From Acidobacteriota bacterium (GTDB lineage Bacteria; Acidobacteriota; Thermoanaerobaculia; Gp7-AA8), in the NCBI GenBank assembly GCA_019247495.1, contig JAFAOU010000033.1:14595-78594 (forward strand): DNA of 64,000 nucleotides, written 5' to 3'. The notes under the pieces are model-generated. The model did not search any database, was not told the origin of the DNA, and saw only the letters and a program-made list of their open reading frames with translations. Shown one piece after another: positions 1 to 10,225 of this stretch. Numbering within the stretch: the first letter of the stretch is position 1; each line of letters opens with the position of its first letter. The position numbers were made by a program, and so were the translations under genes.

Positions 1-791
1 ACGAAGTAGATCATCACGATGAAGTGGACGATGCGCGCGCCGTCGTACGAGCCAAAGATCCGCTCCAGCCACCAGAGCTGCACCGGCTTGTGCATCGCCC
101 ACCCGCTCGCGATCGCCAGCGCGCCGGCGACCGGCATCGATGCGTATGCGCCGCGCTGCAGCGCGTTGTATTTCGTCGTGATCTCAGGATGCGGCCACGG
201 ACGCCTCGCGATTTTCATCGGCACGACGCCGGCGTAGTAGCGGACCATCGCCAGCGACTCTCCGAGCATGCTCCGCCGCGGCAGCAATGCGCGATAACCG
301 CGGCCGAGAACCAGCCCCAGTAGATAGAGGATGCCGTTGGCGATGAAGAGATAGACGAAGAGCCAGTGCCAGCGCAGCCCGCCGGCCAGATTGAACACGC
401 CGAGCCCAAAGTGGTTGTAGAACCACGACGGATCGGCGGTCGCTCCCGGCACGTGGCGCGCGATGCTGATGCCGAGGTCGGCCAGGTAGTCGCGGCTGTG
501 CGTGACGGGATTCGGCTTGTGCAGGAACACCGGCGAAGCCCAGTAGATCGACAGCCCGCTGACAATCATCCCGAACAGAATCGGCACGTTCAGCCAGTGT
601 GAAAGCCGCACGAGCGCGTGGTGCTTCACGACGACGAGACGCTGGCCCGCGTGCGGATCGACGACTTCTTCGACGATCGGTTCTTCGACCGGCACTTCTT
701 CCACGATCGCTTTTTCGATCGGCACTTCTTCAACGATCGGCTCGTCGGCAACGACCGGAACATCGACCGCGGGTTCGTCTGCGTCGGTCAT
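1..791 (-). CDS. Cytochrome b561 / Ni-hydrogenase-type b-cytochrome family membrane protein (C-terminus lies beyond window edge)
   Basis: Not in ORF track because it runs off the window. Minus-strand translation from ATG 791..789: MTDADEPAVDVPVVADEPIVEEVPIEKAIVEEVPVEEPIVEEVVDPHAGQRLVVVKHHALVRLSHWLNVPILFGMIVSGLSIYWASPVF... R-x-SHW followed by successive TM helices resembles PF01292-type cytochrome b (PhsC/YceJ-like). Open to position 1, G/C-rich third positions. Confidence 0.6.
   Translation of the reverse strand, partial: MTDADEPAVDVPVVADEPIVEEVPIEKAIVEEVPVEEPIVEEVVDPHAGQRLVVVKHHALVRLSHWLNVPILFGMIVSGLSIYWASPVFLHKPNPVTHSRDYLADLGISIARHVPGATADPSWFYNHFGLGVFNLAGGLRWHWLFVYLFIANGILYLLGLVLGRGYRALLPRRSMLGESLAMVRYYAGVVPMKIARRPWPHPEITTKYNALQRGAYASMPVAGALAIASGWAMHKPVQLWWLERIFGSYDGARIVHFIVMIYF
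661..750. repeat. 3 x 30-bp tandem repeat inside the cytochrome b gene
   Basis: Units 661-690 / 691-720 / 721-750 (..cacttcttc[c/a]acgatcg..), giving the 10-aa acidic repeat (P/A)IVEEVP.. on the minus strand. Confidence 0.8.
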
Positions 792-818
792 GTGCGGATA
801 AATTACCATGCGCCCCGC

Positions 819-1943
819 ATGCGAATACTTGTACTGGGCGCCGGCCGCATGGGCTATGGCGCAGTCCACGATCTCGTCAACCAGCCCGATGTCGAAGAAG
901 TCACCGTCGCCGACGTTGCCGCCGAGCGCGCGCATCACGTTGCGTCGTCGGTCAACGGCAACGTCACGCCACGAGCGATCGATGTCAGCAACCACGAAGA
1001 CGTTGTCGCATTGATGCGCGGGCACGACTCCGCCATCTCCTGTGTCAACTACTGGCTCAATGAACGCCTGGCCCGCGCCGCCATCGAGGCCGGCACGAAC
1101 TTCTGCGACCTCGGCGGCAACAACGACGTCGTCGACGCGGAGCTCGCCCTCGACGCCGAGGCGAAGAGCCGGGGAATCAACATCATCCCCGACTGCGGCC
1201 TTGCCCCGGGCATGGTGGCCGTGCTCGTCGCGCACGGAGCTGCGAAATTCGAGAAGCTCGACGAAATCCACATTCGCGTCGGCGGTCTTCCGCTCGATCC
1301 GAAGCCTCCGCTCGATTATCAGCTCGTGTTTTCCGTCGAAGGACTGATCAACGAATACATCGAACGCGCCCGCGTGCTTCGCGACGGCAAGATCGCGTTT
1401 GTCGATTCGATGACCGAGGTCGAGGAGCTGGAGTTCCCGGAACCGTTTGGGAAGATGGAAGCGTTCCAAACCTCCGGCGGCACGTCGACGCTGCCCGAAA
1501 CGTTCTTCGGGCGCGTGCGCGATCTCGACTACAAAACGATCCGCTATACCGGCCACTGCGCGAAGTTCAAGACGATGATCGACCTCGGCCTCTGCAGCAG
1601 CGAGAGGATCACGGTCGATGGCGTGTCCGTCGCGCCGCGGCGAGTTCTCGGCGATCTCCTCGTTCGCAACTTGCCAGCGGATGAACCGGATGCGGTGCTC
1701 GTTCGCGTCGAGTTTGCTGGCGACGGCCGCCAGCTTCGCTACGACATCATCGACCGTTACGACGAATCGACCGGCCTCTCGGCGATGATGCGCACAACGG
1801 CCTTCCCCGCTTCGATCGTGGCGCTGATGATGGCGCGCGGTCAGACCACGCAGAAGGGCGCGCTGCCGCAGGAACGCTGCATCCCGCCGGAGCTGTTCAT
1901 GACGGAATTGGCGAAGCGGAACATCGTCGTCAACGTGTCGTGA
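819..1943 (+). CDS. Saccharopine dehydrogenase family NAD(P)-binding oxidoreductase
   Basis: Track ORF 618..1943 trimmed to ATG 819: MRILVLGAGRMGYGAV (Rossmann GxGxxG), IIPDCGLAPGM, SGGTSTLPETF. The 618-818 part is the antisense shadow of the neighbouring gene's repeat. Confidence 0.75.
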   Translation: MRILVLGAGRMGYGAVHDLVNQPDVEEVTVADVAAERAHHVASSVNGNVTPRAIDVSNHEDVVALMRGHDSAISCVNYWLNERLARAAIEAGTNFCDLGGNNDVVDAELALDAEAKSRGINIIPDCGLAPGMVAVLVAHGAAKFEKLDEIHIRVGGLPLDPKPPLDYQLVFSVEGLINEYIERARVLRDGKIAFVDSMTEVEELEFPEPFGKMEAFQTSGGTSTLPETFFGRVRDLDYKTIRYTGHCAKFKTMIDLGLCSSERITVDGVSVAPRRVLGDLLVRNLPADEPDAVLVRVEFAGDGRQLRYDIIDRYDESTGLSAMMRTTAFPASIVALMMARGQTTQKGALPQERCIPPELFMTELAKRNIVVNVS

Positions 1944-3252
1944 CCGCGAGCGGCGTTAGATTGCAGCGTCCCGTCGTCTGAACGCGAAGCGCGGCCACGC
2001 CGTCCGTCGCGAGCCAGGCCACACGCTGGCTTTCGAGGTCCGCGCGCAAACGCTCCGCAGCGACCTTGAGCTTCGCCGGAGATGAAATGTCGTCGATCTC
2101 GCCCCACCCCGGGAGCTCCGGACGCGGTCCTGTGAGCGACCAGACGTAAAGCGGGACGCCAATCGTGTCGAGGTATCTGCGGATCGACGCGGGATCGTGT
2201 GAACTGCCGTCGGCCCGGTGATCGAGGACGACGACGACGGCGCGGCGATTGCCGCCGGTGATCGCATCGAGACCCGCCACGCCCGCGGCGTCCGCGAACA
2301 TCCGCGGCCCGTTCTCGTCGAAGCGGCCGCTGTACGCGCGGGTCAGAATCCACATCATGCCTCCCTGCGTCGCGTCGACATACGTCGATGGCGGGAACAT
2401 CAATGCGGACGTATTGCTGGTGGTCGTGTGCCGCTCCGCGAGCGGCCAGAGAAGTTGAAGCCACGTGCCGTCGGAGAGCGAGAACAGGTGCTGCTCCTGG
2501 ACTATGTGGGGACCCTGCATCATCGCCGGACTCATCCGGAGATCGAGCGCCTTCATGGCGTCGCGTGGATCGGGATCGAGGACTACGATCACGAGAGCCT
2601 TACCTTTCTCGACCGCGCTGACGCGCACTGGTGAACCGCCGCTGGCAAAGCAACCGCTCGGATTTGGTGGCGGCTTCGAGCCCGATTCGCGAACGGCCAC
2701 GGGCGTCAGCGGTGAGTCGGCGATCTCCCCTACCCCACCGCCGATGACCAGCTCGCGGCGCGAGACGAACCCGTCTTCGAATTTCATCGACGCCGCGAGC
2801 ACGTGCGGCTGATCGACATCGAGACGCGGCAACTTTGCGCGAAGATCGGCGTCGAGCGGCAACAGCTTGCCGTCGACTTTGAGCGACGACTTCGCCGGTT
2901 TGGCGGCCATCAGATGTTCCCAGCGCAACTCTGCCGAAACCGGCCGTCCGTTGGCGTCGTTCTTCACGGAGATCACGAAATCGGCAAATGGGCGTGGCAG
3001 ATTGACCGTTTGAGACGTTCGCGCCACCTCGTCGCCGCGCGCGTCGTACCCGATCGCGACCAGATCGCCCGGCACGATCGACGGTCCGAAATCGACCATC
3101 GCGCTCCATGGCGCCTTCTGCAACGCCGCAACCTGTTTGCCGTCGAGGAGGATGCGAATCGATTTAACGTCCGGTCCCGGCTGCAGGTCGATCCGCTGCG
3201 GTCCGGAGATGAGGCCGAGAAAGAGCGTGAGAAAAACGAGCTGAGTGGCCAT
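1930..3252 (-). CDS. Uncharacterised exported/membrane-anchored protein, paralog 1 of 2 in this window
   Basis: 440 aa, hydrophobic N-terminus MATQLVFLTLFLGLISGP. Aligns end to end by eye (roughly half of residues identical) with the product of 15453..16763. C-terminal half has a VWA-like beta-strand pattern (VIVVLDPDPRD, AVVVVLDHRADGSS) but no DxSxS MIDAS motif. Confidence 0.65.
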   Translation of the reverse strand: MATQLVFLTLFLGLISGPQRIDLQPGPDVKSIRILLDGKQVAALQKAPWSAMVDFGPSIVPGDLVAIGYDARGDEVARTSQTVNLPRPFADFVISVKNDANGRPVSAELRWEHLMAAKPAKSSLKVDGKLLPLDADLRAKLPRLDVDQPHVLAASMKFEDGFVSRRELVIGGGVGEIADSPLTPVAVRESGSKPPPNPSGCFASGGSPVRVSAVEKGKALVIVVLDPDPRDAMKALDLRMSPAMMQGPHIVQEQHLFSLSDGTWLQLLWPLAERHTTTSNTSALMFPPSTYVDATQGGMMWILTRAYSGRFDENGPRMFADAAGVAGLDAITGGNRRAVVVVLDHRADGSSHDPASIRRYLDTIGVPLYVWSLTGPRPELPGWGEIDDISSPAKLKVAAERLRADLESQRVAWLATDGVAALRVQTTGRCNLTPLAVTTR

Positions 3253-3292
3253 CGTGCGCGAATTCTAGCCGCCGTCCGCGCATAATTCACGA

Positions 3293-3646
3293 ATGCACTT
3301 ACTCATCCGCTGGCTCCTCAACACGCTCGCGCTCTTCGTCGTCGTCGAGGTGGTGCCCGGCTTTCATTACCGCTCCATCGTCTCGCTCGCCATCGCCGCT
3401 CTCGTTCTGGGCCTGCTCAACGCCATCGTGCGGCCGATCCTCTTCGTCCTGACGTTGCCACTGACGATCGTCACGCTCGGACTCTTTCTCATCGTCCTCA
3501 ACGCGATCATGCTCGAGCTGACGGCGTGGCTCGCTCCCGGATTCCGCATCGACAACTTCGTCGCCGCGGTGATCGGCGCGATCGTCCTCGCGATCATTTC
3601 GTGGATCACGAACCGCATCGGACGTAAGGAAGAACGGCGGGGCTGA
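3293..3646 (+). CDS. Phage holin family IV / DUF360 (YvlD-like) small membrane protein
   Basis: 117 aa, 4 predicted TM; LNTLALFVVVEVVPGF...LNAIVRPILFVLTLPLTIVTLGLFLIVLNAIML matches the PF04020 pattern. Confidence 0.7.
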   Translation: MHLLIRWLLNTLALFVVVEVVPGFHYRSIVSLAIAALVLGLLNAIVRPILFVLTLPLTIVTLGLFLIVLNAIMLELTAWLAPGFRIDNFVAAVIGAIVLAIISWITNRIGRKEERRG

Positions 3647-3693
3647 CAGGCGCGACCGAATCACCTACACTACGCGCTTCAGGAGCCATCGCT

Positions 3694-4044
3694 TTGAACA
3701 TCATCAAGAACCGCGTCGACGACGTGACGGTGCTCGACATCCAGGGAGTCATCAAGCTCGGTGAGAGCGCCCGCGAATTCTCGAGCTACCTCGAGAAGGT
3801 CCTCAACGATGAGACCGGCCCGGTCATGATCAACTTCGAAGCGATCAACTACATGGACTCCACCGGCCTCGGCGAACTGATCGGCTACCTTCAGAAGTTC
3901 GAAGACCGCCAGCGCAAGATGGCCCTCGTCAAACCGTCGCACCGCATCCTGGCCCTGCTCAAGATCACGAAGCTCGACACCGTCTTCAAGATCTTCGACT
4001 CCCGCGAAACCGCGATGGAGTACCTCACCGACCACGCGGCCTGA
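3694..4044 (+). CDS. STAS-domain anti-sigma-factor antagonist (SpoIIAA/RsbV-like), copy 1
   Basis: TTG start with AGGAG 8 nt upstream. INYMDSTGLGELIG contains the phosphorylatable DST motif. Paralog of 16764..17123. Confidence 0.8.
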   Translation: MNIIKNRVDDVTVLDIQGVIKLGESAREFSSYLEKVLNDETGPVMINFEAINYMDSTGLGELIGYLQKFEDRQRKMALVKPSHRILALLKITKLDTVFKIFDSRETAMEYLTDHAA

Positions 4045-4046
4045 TC

Positions 4047-4076
4047 GTGTGGCACCGACACTCCTGTCTGTGCCGG
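4047..4076. repeat. GCACAGACA-type hairpin repeat
   Basis: ggcaccgaca-ctcc-tgtctgtgcc directly after the STAS stop. Same family as 30976..31081 and 48168..48192. Confidence 0.7.
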
Positions 4077-4144
4077 TGAGGCTCGGGACGATTGAGAATC
4101 CCCAGGTAGCGGCAGCTCAGGCGCAGTGTTAGCATTCGCAGCCT

Positions 4145-4516
4145 TTGATGACCCACACCCTCCTTCCCGTTCTGCTCATGATCGTGATCGCGATCGTGGT
4201 CGGGCTCGTGATGCTGGCGCTGGCCTGGTTCGTCGGCAAGCACGCCCGCACGGCTTCGAAACAGGAGCCGTACGAAAGCGGCGTGCCGTCGCTCGATGAG
4301 AATCGCAAGCGCGTCAACGTCCGCTTCTACCAGATCGCGATGCTCTTCATCCTCTTCGACATCGAAGCGGCGTTCCTCTACCCGTGGGCCGTCATCTACC
4401 GCGAGGCCACGACCGGGACGCAGGGCATGTTCCTCTTCGGCGAGATGGTCGTCTTCATCGTCCTCCTCGCCGTCGGCTACATCTACGTCTGGAAGAAAAA
4501 GGCATTCGACTTTTAG
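4145..4516 (+). CDS. nuoA: NADH-quinone oxidoreductase subunit A
   Basis: 123 aa, 3 TM; KQEPYESGV...RFYQIAMLFILFDIEAAFLYPWA is the NuoA/ND3 signature. Confidence 0.9.
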   Translation: MMTHTLLPVLLMIVIAIVVGLVMLALAWFVGKHARTASKQEPYESGVPSLDENRKRVNVRFYQIAMLFILFDIEAAFLYPWAVIYREATTGTQGMFLFGEMVVFIVLLAVGYIYVWKKKAFDF

Positions 4517-4518
4517 CT

Positions 4519-5049
4519 ATGGCTGATCTGCATCCCGACAATCCGTACGCGCCCGACCGCTTTCCCGATGCGTCGAAGCCGGTCGCGTTTCCACCCGAGG
4601 CGAAGAAAAAGTTCGACTACATCCTCACGCGCTATCCGACGAAGGAAGCGTGCCTGCTGCCGACGCTGCACCTGGCGCAGGAAGTGTGGGGGTGGATCTC
4701 GCCCGAGACCGTTCTGTACGTCGGCGGCCTGCTCGATCTGTCGCCGGCCACCGTCTTCGGCGTGGTCTCGTTCTACAACATGTACAACCAGAAGCCGGTG
4801 GGCAAATACCACCTGCAGGTCTGTACGAACCTGAGCTGCATGGTGCGCCGCGCCTACGATATTTACGACCACCTCTGCGAACGGCTGGACGTGAATCCCG
4901 GCGCCACGACAAAGGACGGACGCTATACCGTCGTCGAAGTGGAATGCCTCGGATCCTGCGGCACGGCACCTGTCGTTCAGGTCAACAACGACTATCACGA
5001 GAACATGGACGTATCGAAAATGGATGCGCTGCTCGCGGAGCTGAAGTAG
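4519..5049 (+). CDS. nuoE: NADH-quinone oxidoreductase subunit E (24 kDa, 2Fe-2S)
   Basis: Track ORF 4384.. trimmed to ATG 4519 (2 nt after nuoA stop). YPTKEACLLPTLHLAQE, VCTNLSCMVR, VECLGSCGTAP cysteine ligands. Confidence 0.9.
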   Translation: MADLHPDNPYAPDRFPDASKPVAFPPEAKKKFDYILTRYPTKEACLLPTLHLAQEVWGWISPETVLYVGGLLDLSPATVFGVVSFYNMYNQKPVGKYHLQVCTNLSCMVRRAYDIYDHLCERLDVNPGATTKDGRYTVVEVECLGSCGTAPVVQVNNDYHENMDVSKMDALLAELK

Positions 5050-5051
5050 CA

Positions 5052-6362
<1,311 letters not shown>

Positions 6363-6365
6363 TTG

Positions 6366-6438
6366 ATCCGCAGATGAACGCAGATGTGCGCAGATAAAAG
6401 CATCAATCATCTGCGTAAATCTGCGCTCATCTGCGGAT
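6366..6438. repeat. (CGCAGAT)-type hairpin repeat
   Basis: Left arm atccgcagatgaacgcagatgtgcgcagat, 13-nt loop, right arm atctgcgtaaatctgcgctcatctgcggat. Between nuoF stop and the creatininase-like gene, and contains that gene's ATG (6384). Confidence 0.8.
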
Positions 6439-7211
6439 TGCTTTTCGCCACCGCGTCCGCGTTGGCAGAGACACCTAAAGGCATCCTCCTCGAAAACCTC
6501 ACCTGGGTCGAAGCGGAGAAAGTGCTGACGCCGGATGCCGTCGTCGTGATCCCGCTCGGCGCGGAGTCGAAGGAACATGGGCCGCATCTGAAGCTGAAGA
6601 ATGATTTTCTGATTGCGGAGTATCTGAAGAAGCGCGTGTTGGAAAGCAGCCGCGTCGTGATGGCGCCGACGATCAATTACAACTTTTATCCCGCCTTTCT
6701 CGATTATCCGGGGTCGACGTCGCTGCGGCTGGAGACGGCGCGCGACATGGTCGTCGACATCTGCCGGTCGCTGGCGAAATTCGGGCCGAAGCGTTTTTAC
6801 ATCCTCAACACGGGCATTTCGACATTACGGCCGCTTGCCGCGGCTGCGGAGATGTTTGCGGCCGAGGGCATTGTGATGCGCTACACCGACTTGCACGTTA
6901 CAGAGCCGGTCGAAAAGCAGATCCGCAAGGAAGAGGGCGGGACGCATGCCGAGGAGATCGAGACCTCGATGATGTTGTACATGGCGCCGGAATCGGTCGA
7001 TATGAAAGAGGCCGTCAGGGACTACAAGGGATCGAAGCCGGGCGGATTAACGCGCGATCCGAATGGCAAAGGGACGTATTCGCCGAGCGGCGTCTGGGGC
7101 GATGCCACATTGGCTACTCGCGAGAAGGGGAAAATCGTCACCGAGGCGCTGGTCAACAGCATTGTCAGCGAAATCGAACAACTGCGGGGCACCGCGCTGC
7201 CGGCGAAGTGA
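6384..7211 (+). CDS. Creatininase-family amidohydrolase with signal peptide
   Basis: VVIPLGAESKEHGPHLKLKNDFLIAEY, GGTHAEEIETSMML are PF02633 motifs. N-terminus MCADKSINHLRKSALICGLLFATASALA is encoded by the hairpin repeat. Confidence 0.75.
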   Translation: MCADKSINHLRKSALICGLLFATASALAETPKGILLENLTWVEAEKVLTPDAVVVIPLGAESKEHGPHLKLKNDFLIAEYLKKRVLESSRVVMAPTINYNFYPAFLDYPGSTSLRLETARDMVVDICRSLAKFGPKRFYILNTGISTLRPLAAAAEMFAAEGIVMRYTDLHVTEPVEKQIRKEEGGTHAEEIETSMMLYMAPESVDMKEAVRDYKGSKPGGLTRDPNGKGTYSPSGVWGDATLATREKGKIVTEALVNSIVSEIEQLRGTALPAK

Positions 7212-7522
7212 TGTTTACGCAGCCATTCGCGATTCCAGCGCTCGCCTTTTTTATCCTCAGCATCCCGCTGACCCTCGGCCTCATTCCGCGCAATCGCCTT
7301 TACGGGTTTCGGACAAGGCGAACGTTAGCGGACGACGCGGCGTGGTATCGCGTCAATCGTTTCGCGGGATTCGCCATCATGATCGCCAGCGCGATCTACG
7401 CCGTCGTTGTGAGTGCGCGGCCTTACGATCGCGACTTCTCCGTCTGGCTGCTTCACCTCGCCGCGTTTGCTGGTCCGCTCGCGCTGGCGCTCATTGTGAG
7501 CGGCTGGTATTCGCGCCGCTGA
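7208..7522 (+). CDS. SdpI/YhfL-family small membrane protein
   Basis: IPRNRLYGFRTRRTLADDAAWYRVNRFAG matches the SdpI-family motif. GTG 7208 / ATG 7211 overlaps the upstream stop. Confidence 0.6.
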   Translation: MMFTQPFAIPALAFFILSIPLTLGLIPRNRLYGFRTRRTLADDAAWYRVNRFAGFAIMIASAIYAVVVSARPYDRDFSVWLLHLAAFAGPLALALIVSGWYSRR

Positions 7523-8110
7523 TCAACGCGGCCACAGCCAGCCGAAGGCGCCGGCGGTCAGAAGGCTGTAGATCGTGCCGTCGATCGTTTCCTTGATGAC
7601 GATTTTCCACGGCTTGCCATACCAGATTCCTTCGCTGATCGTGCGGAAGGAGTAGGCCAGGACCGCCGCGGCGCCGGCCACACGGAACACCTCGATGTAC
7701 GCGGTCCCCACGGGGCGCGCGAGACCGGTTACGTATCCGACAAAAATTGAGATCAGCACCGTGTAGAGGAACCACAGCGTCAGCGTTTTCGCGAAGTTGA
7801 ACGTACCCGGGTTGCGCACGAGCAGCAGTGCGTTCGCGCCGCTCTGCATCTCCGTACGCTGTTCCGGGGTCAGCTTTCTCCAGTCGGCGCATGGAACGAT
7901 GTACTGGCCGCTCTTCGTTGACGACAGTGCATCGAGTACGGCCTTCTCTTCGGTCAGCTTTTCATAGTCCGACCGGTGCCAGAACGGCAGCGCCATCCAC
8001 AGGATGTTGCTGGCCACAAAAACGAACGCGGCGGCTGCGAGGATCGGAAGCCACAACAGGGACAGTGAAACCATCTCGACCTCCTTTTGGACTGAAGCGG
8101 GTTCAGCCAT
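7523..8110 (-). CDS. Hypothetical integral membrane protein
   Basis: 195 aa, about 4 TM segments, good third-position G/C. No family recognised. Start could be the internal M13. Confidence 0.5.
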   Translation of the reverse strand: MAEPASVQKEVEMVSLSLLWLPILAAAAFVFVASNILWMALPFWHRSDYEKLTEEKAVLDALSSTKSGQYIVPCADWRKLTPEQRTEMQSGANALLLVRNPGTFNFAKTLTLWFLYTVLISIFVGYVTGLARPVGTAYIEVFRVAGAAAVLAYSFRTISEGIWYGKPWKIVIKETIDGTIYSLLTAGAFGWLWPR

Positions 8111-8148
8111 TCTCGCCGGAAATGCCGTCCGAATTCAACGGGCGGCGG

Positions 8149-8715
8149 TCAGGCCCACTCGCAGACGTATTCGCAGAAATCGGCGCCCTTCGCGCGGCAC
8201 TTGGCCTCGGTCACGCGCACATCCTTGGCGCCGCACATCCTGATTGCCCTCTGATGCCAGCCGACGACGGTCAGACAATCGTGACGCGAGAACGTCGGCG
8301 CGTCGTATGTGCGGAGAACGGCCTTGTTGTCGGCCAGCCGTTCGTACGTGCGGCGGCCGGCGTCGTAATACATCTGGTAGATCTGCGGCGCGCGCCGGAG
8401 CAGGCCGTGCGGATCGCCGGGCGAGAGCATGGCCCGATGCGCGCCGGCGAGGTTGTGCGACGCCGACTTCTCGCCGATGACCAGGAAAACGTCATCGCCC
8501 ATCCCCATCTCCGCGGCGATTGCGTCGTCCAGACGCTGATTCAATTCGAACGGATACCAGGCGCCGGTGAGGATCGGCGAGCAGGCGCTGCGATCCGCGT
8601 CCGGCAGCCGGCCCAGCACCCGCTGCACGCCTTCCTCGCCGCGTTCCTCGCGCACGAACCCAAGCCGGGACAATAGTGCTCCGCCCTTGACCTTGACCGA
8701 TTTCGCGTTGTCCAT
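8149..8715 (-). CDS. Small ligand-binding-domain-like protein (DUF2378 / V4R-like), function unknown
   Basis: 188 aa. C-terminal TEAKCRAKGADFCEYVCEW resembles the V4R/TIGR02265-type C-terminal cysteine motif. Assignment from memory only. Confidence 0.4.
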   Translation of the reverse strand: MDNAKSVKVKGGALLSRLGFVREERGEEGVQRVLGRLPDADRSACSPILTGAWYPFELNQRLDDAIAAEMGMGDDVFLVIGEKSASHNLAGAHRAMLSPGDPHGLLRRAPQIYQMYYDAGRRTYERLADNKAVLRTYDAPTFSRHDCLTVVGWHQRAIRMCGAKDVRVTEAKCRAKGADFCEYVCEWA

Positions 8716-8765
8716 GAACCGACAGAATACGCCACTCGCAGCGATGCGCTAGTCTGCCGCATTCG

Positions 8766-9302
8766 ATGCAGGTCATCTCCATCAACGTTGGGCAGCCGCG
8801 CGAAGTCGAATGGCGCGATCAGATCGTTCGAACGTCGATCTTCAAGGAGCCTGTGCCCGGCCGCGTCCGAGTCGATCGACTCAACATCGACGGCGACCGT
8901 CAGTCCGATCTCACCGTTCACGGCGGAGTGGCGAAAGCGGCCTATGTGTACCCGTCGGAACACTACGAGTTCTGGCGGAAGGAGCTGCCGGATGCCGATC
9001 TGCCGTGGGGCGCATTCGGCGAGAACCTGACGACGAGCGGGCTATCCGAGGATGACGTTCGCATCGGCGATCGCTTCGCCATCGGCAGCGCGGAGTTCGC
9101 CGTCACGCAACCGCGCATGCCGTGTTTCAAACTCACCATCCGCTTCGGGCGCGCGGACATGATCAAGCGCTTCTTCCGCAGCGGCCGCAGCGGCTTCTAC
9201 CTGGCGGTGACCAAGGAGGGCGAGATTGAAGCCGGCGACGACATCACCCTTCTGAGCCGCGATGATGATGCGATCACAATCGCCGAGGCATTTGCTCGTT
9301 AG
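8766..9302 (+). CDS. MOSC domain-containing protein (YiiM-like)
   Basis: DRQSDLTVHGGVAKAAYVY, GAFGENLT, TQPRMPCFKL are typical MOSC motifs. Confidence 0.8.
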   Translation: MQVISINVGQPREVEWRDQIVRTSIFKEPVPGRVRVDRLNIDGDRQSDLTVHGGVAKAAYVYPSEHYEFWRKELPDADLPWGAFGENLTTSGLSEDDVRIGDRFAIGSAEFAVTQPRMPCFKLTIRFGRADMIKRFFRSGRSGFYLAVTKEGEIEAGDDITLLSRDDDAITIAEAFAR

Positions 9303-9366
9303 CGACGATCCGCGCCGATGGCACGGTGATTCGCGGCGGGTGCGCATCCGTTGGTAGCATTGCGCG

Positions 9367-10161
9367 ATGCCGATCCGTTTCGCGAACTTTGAGCTGACCG
9401 ATTCCGGCGAGCTGTTTCGCGACGGTGAGTCGATGCGTCTGCAACCGCAGCCGTCGAAGGTGCTGGCCTTCCTGGTGTCGCGCGCAGGTGAGCTGGTGAC
9501 GCGCCAGGAGTTGCAGCAACACGTCTGGGGCACCGAAACCTTCATCGATTTCGACCAGGGCCTGAACTGGTGCATTCGCCGCATTCGCGAAGTCCTCGGC
9601 GACGACGCCGCTCACCCGCGATTCATTCAGACCGTCCCGCGGCGCGGCTATCGCTTCGCTGCCGCGTTGCAGACTGCGCCGGCGATCCGGCGGTTCTGGA
9701 CGAAACCGGCCATGCGTTCGCTGCTGGTCGCGCTCGCGGCATTGCTTCTCTTCGCCGCCCACAGCCCGGCGCGCAGCGTCACGGTACTCGTGCTCCCCTT
9801 TGACAACCTCGGCACATCGCGCCCGGCAGCCGAGGATGTGGCGACGGAAGAGGTGATCACGGCCCTCGGCGCGATCGATTCGCGGCGGCTCAGCGTCATC
9901 GATCCAGTCACGGCCATGAAGTTCAAACGGACGAATGAGTGCATCATCCACATCGGCCGGCAGCTCGACGCACAGTACGTACTCCTCGGCGCCGTCCGCC
10001 AGCACGGCGCGGCCATGAGGAGCACAGCCCAGCTCTTTCGCGTTGCCGACAACCGGCAGGTCTGGGCTGCCGTGCGCGAGTGCAACGCCGGCGACGATCC
10101 AGCAGCCGTGTATTCGGCAATGGCGGCTGACGTCGCCTCGACGCTCGGCGTCCCACGCTGA
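9367..10161 (+). CDS. CadC-like membrane-anchored transcriptional regulator (OmpR/PhoB-type winged helix)
   Basis: N-terminal FELTDSGELFRDGESMRLQPQPSKVLAFLVSRAGELVTRQEL...IQTVPRRGYRF, one TM (LLVALAALLLFAA), periplasmic VLVLPFDNLG domain. Confidence 0.8.
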   Translation: MPIRFANFELTDSGELFRDGESMRLQPQPSKVLAFLVSRAGELVTRQELQQHVWGTETFIDFDQGLNWCIRRIREVLGDDAAHPRFIQTVPRRGYRFAAALQTAPAIRRFWTKPAMRSLLVALAALLLFAAHSPARSVTVLVLPFDNLGTSRPAAEDVATEEVITALGAIDSRRLSVIDPVTAMKFKRTNECIIHIGRQLDAQYVLLGAVRQHGAAMRSTAQLFRVADNRQVWAAVRECNAGDDPAAVYSAMAADVASTLGVPR

Positions 10162-10225
10162 ATCTCAGCGAAATTCAATCATTCGCCAATTGAATTCATG
10201 CGCTCCGCGGCCCGAAGTTTCGCGC

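Noticed and set aside
4384-4518. N-terminal extension of the nuoE ORF overlapping nuoA
   Set aside because: The extension is out of frame with the well-supported nuoA and is Arg-rich. The NuoE homology begins at ATG 4519, directly after the nuoA stop.
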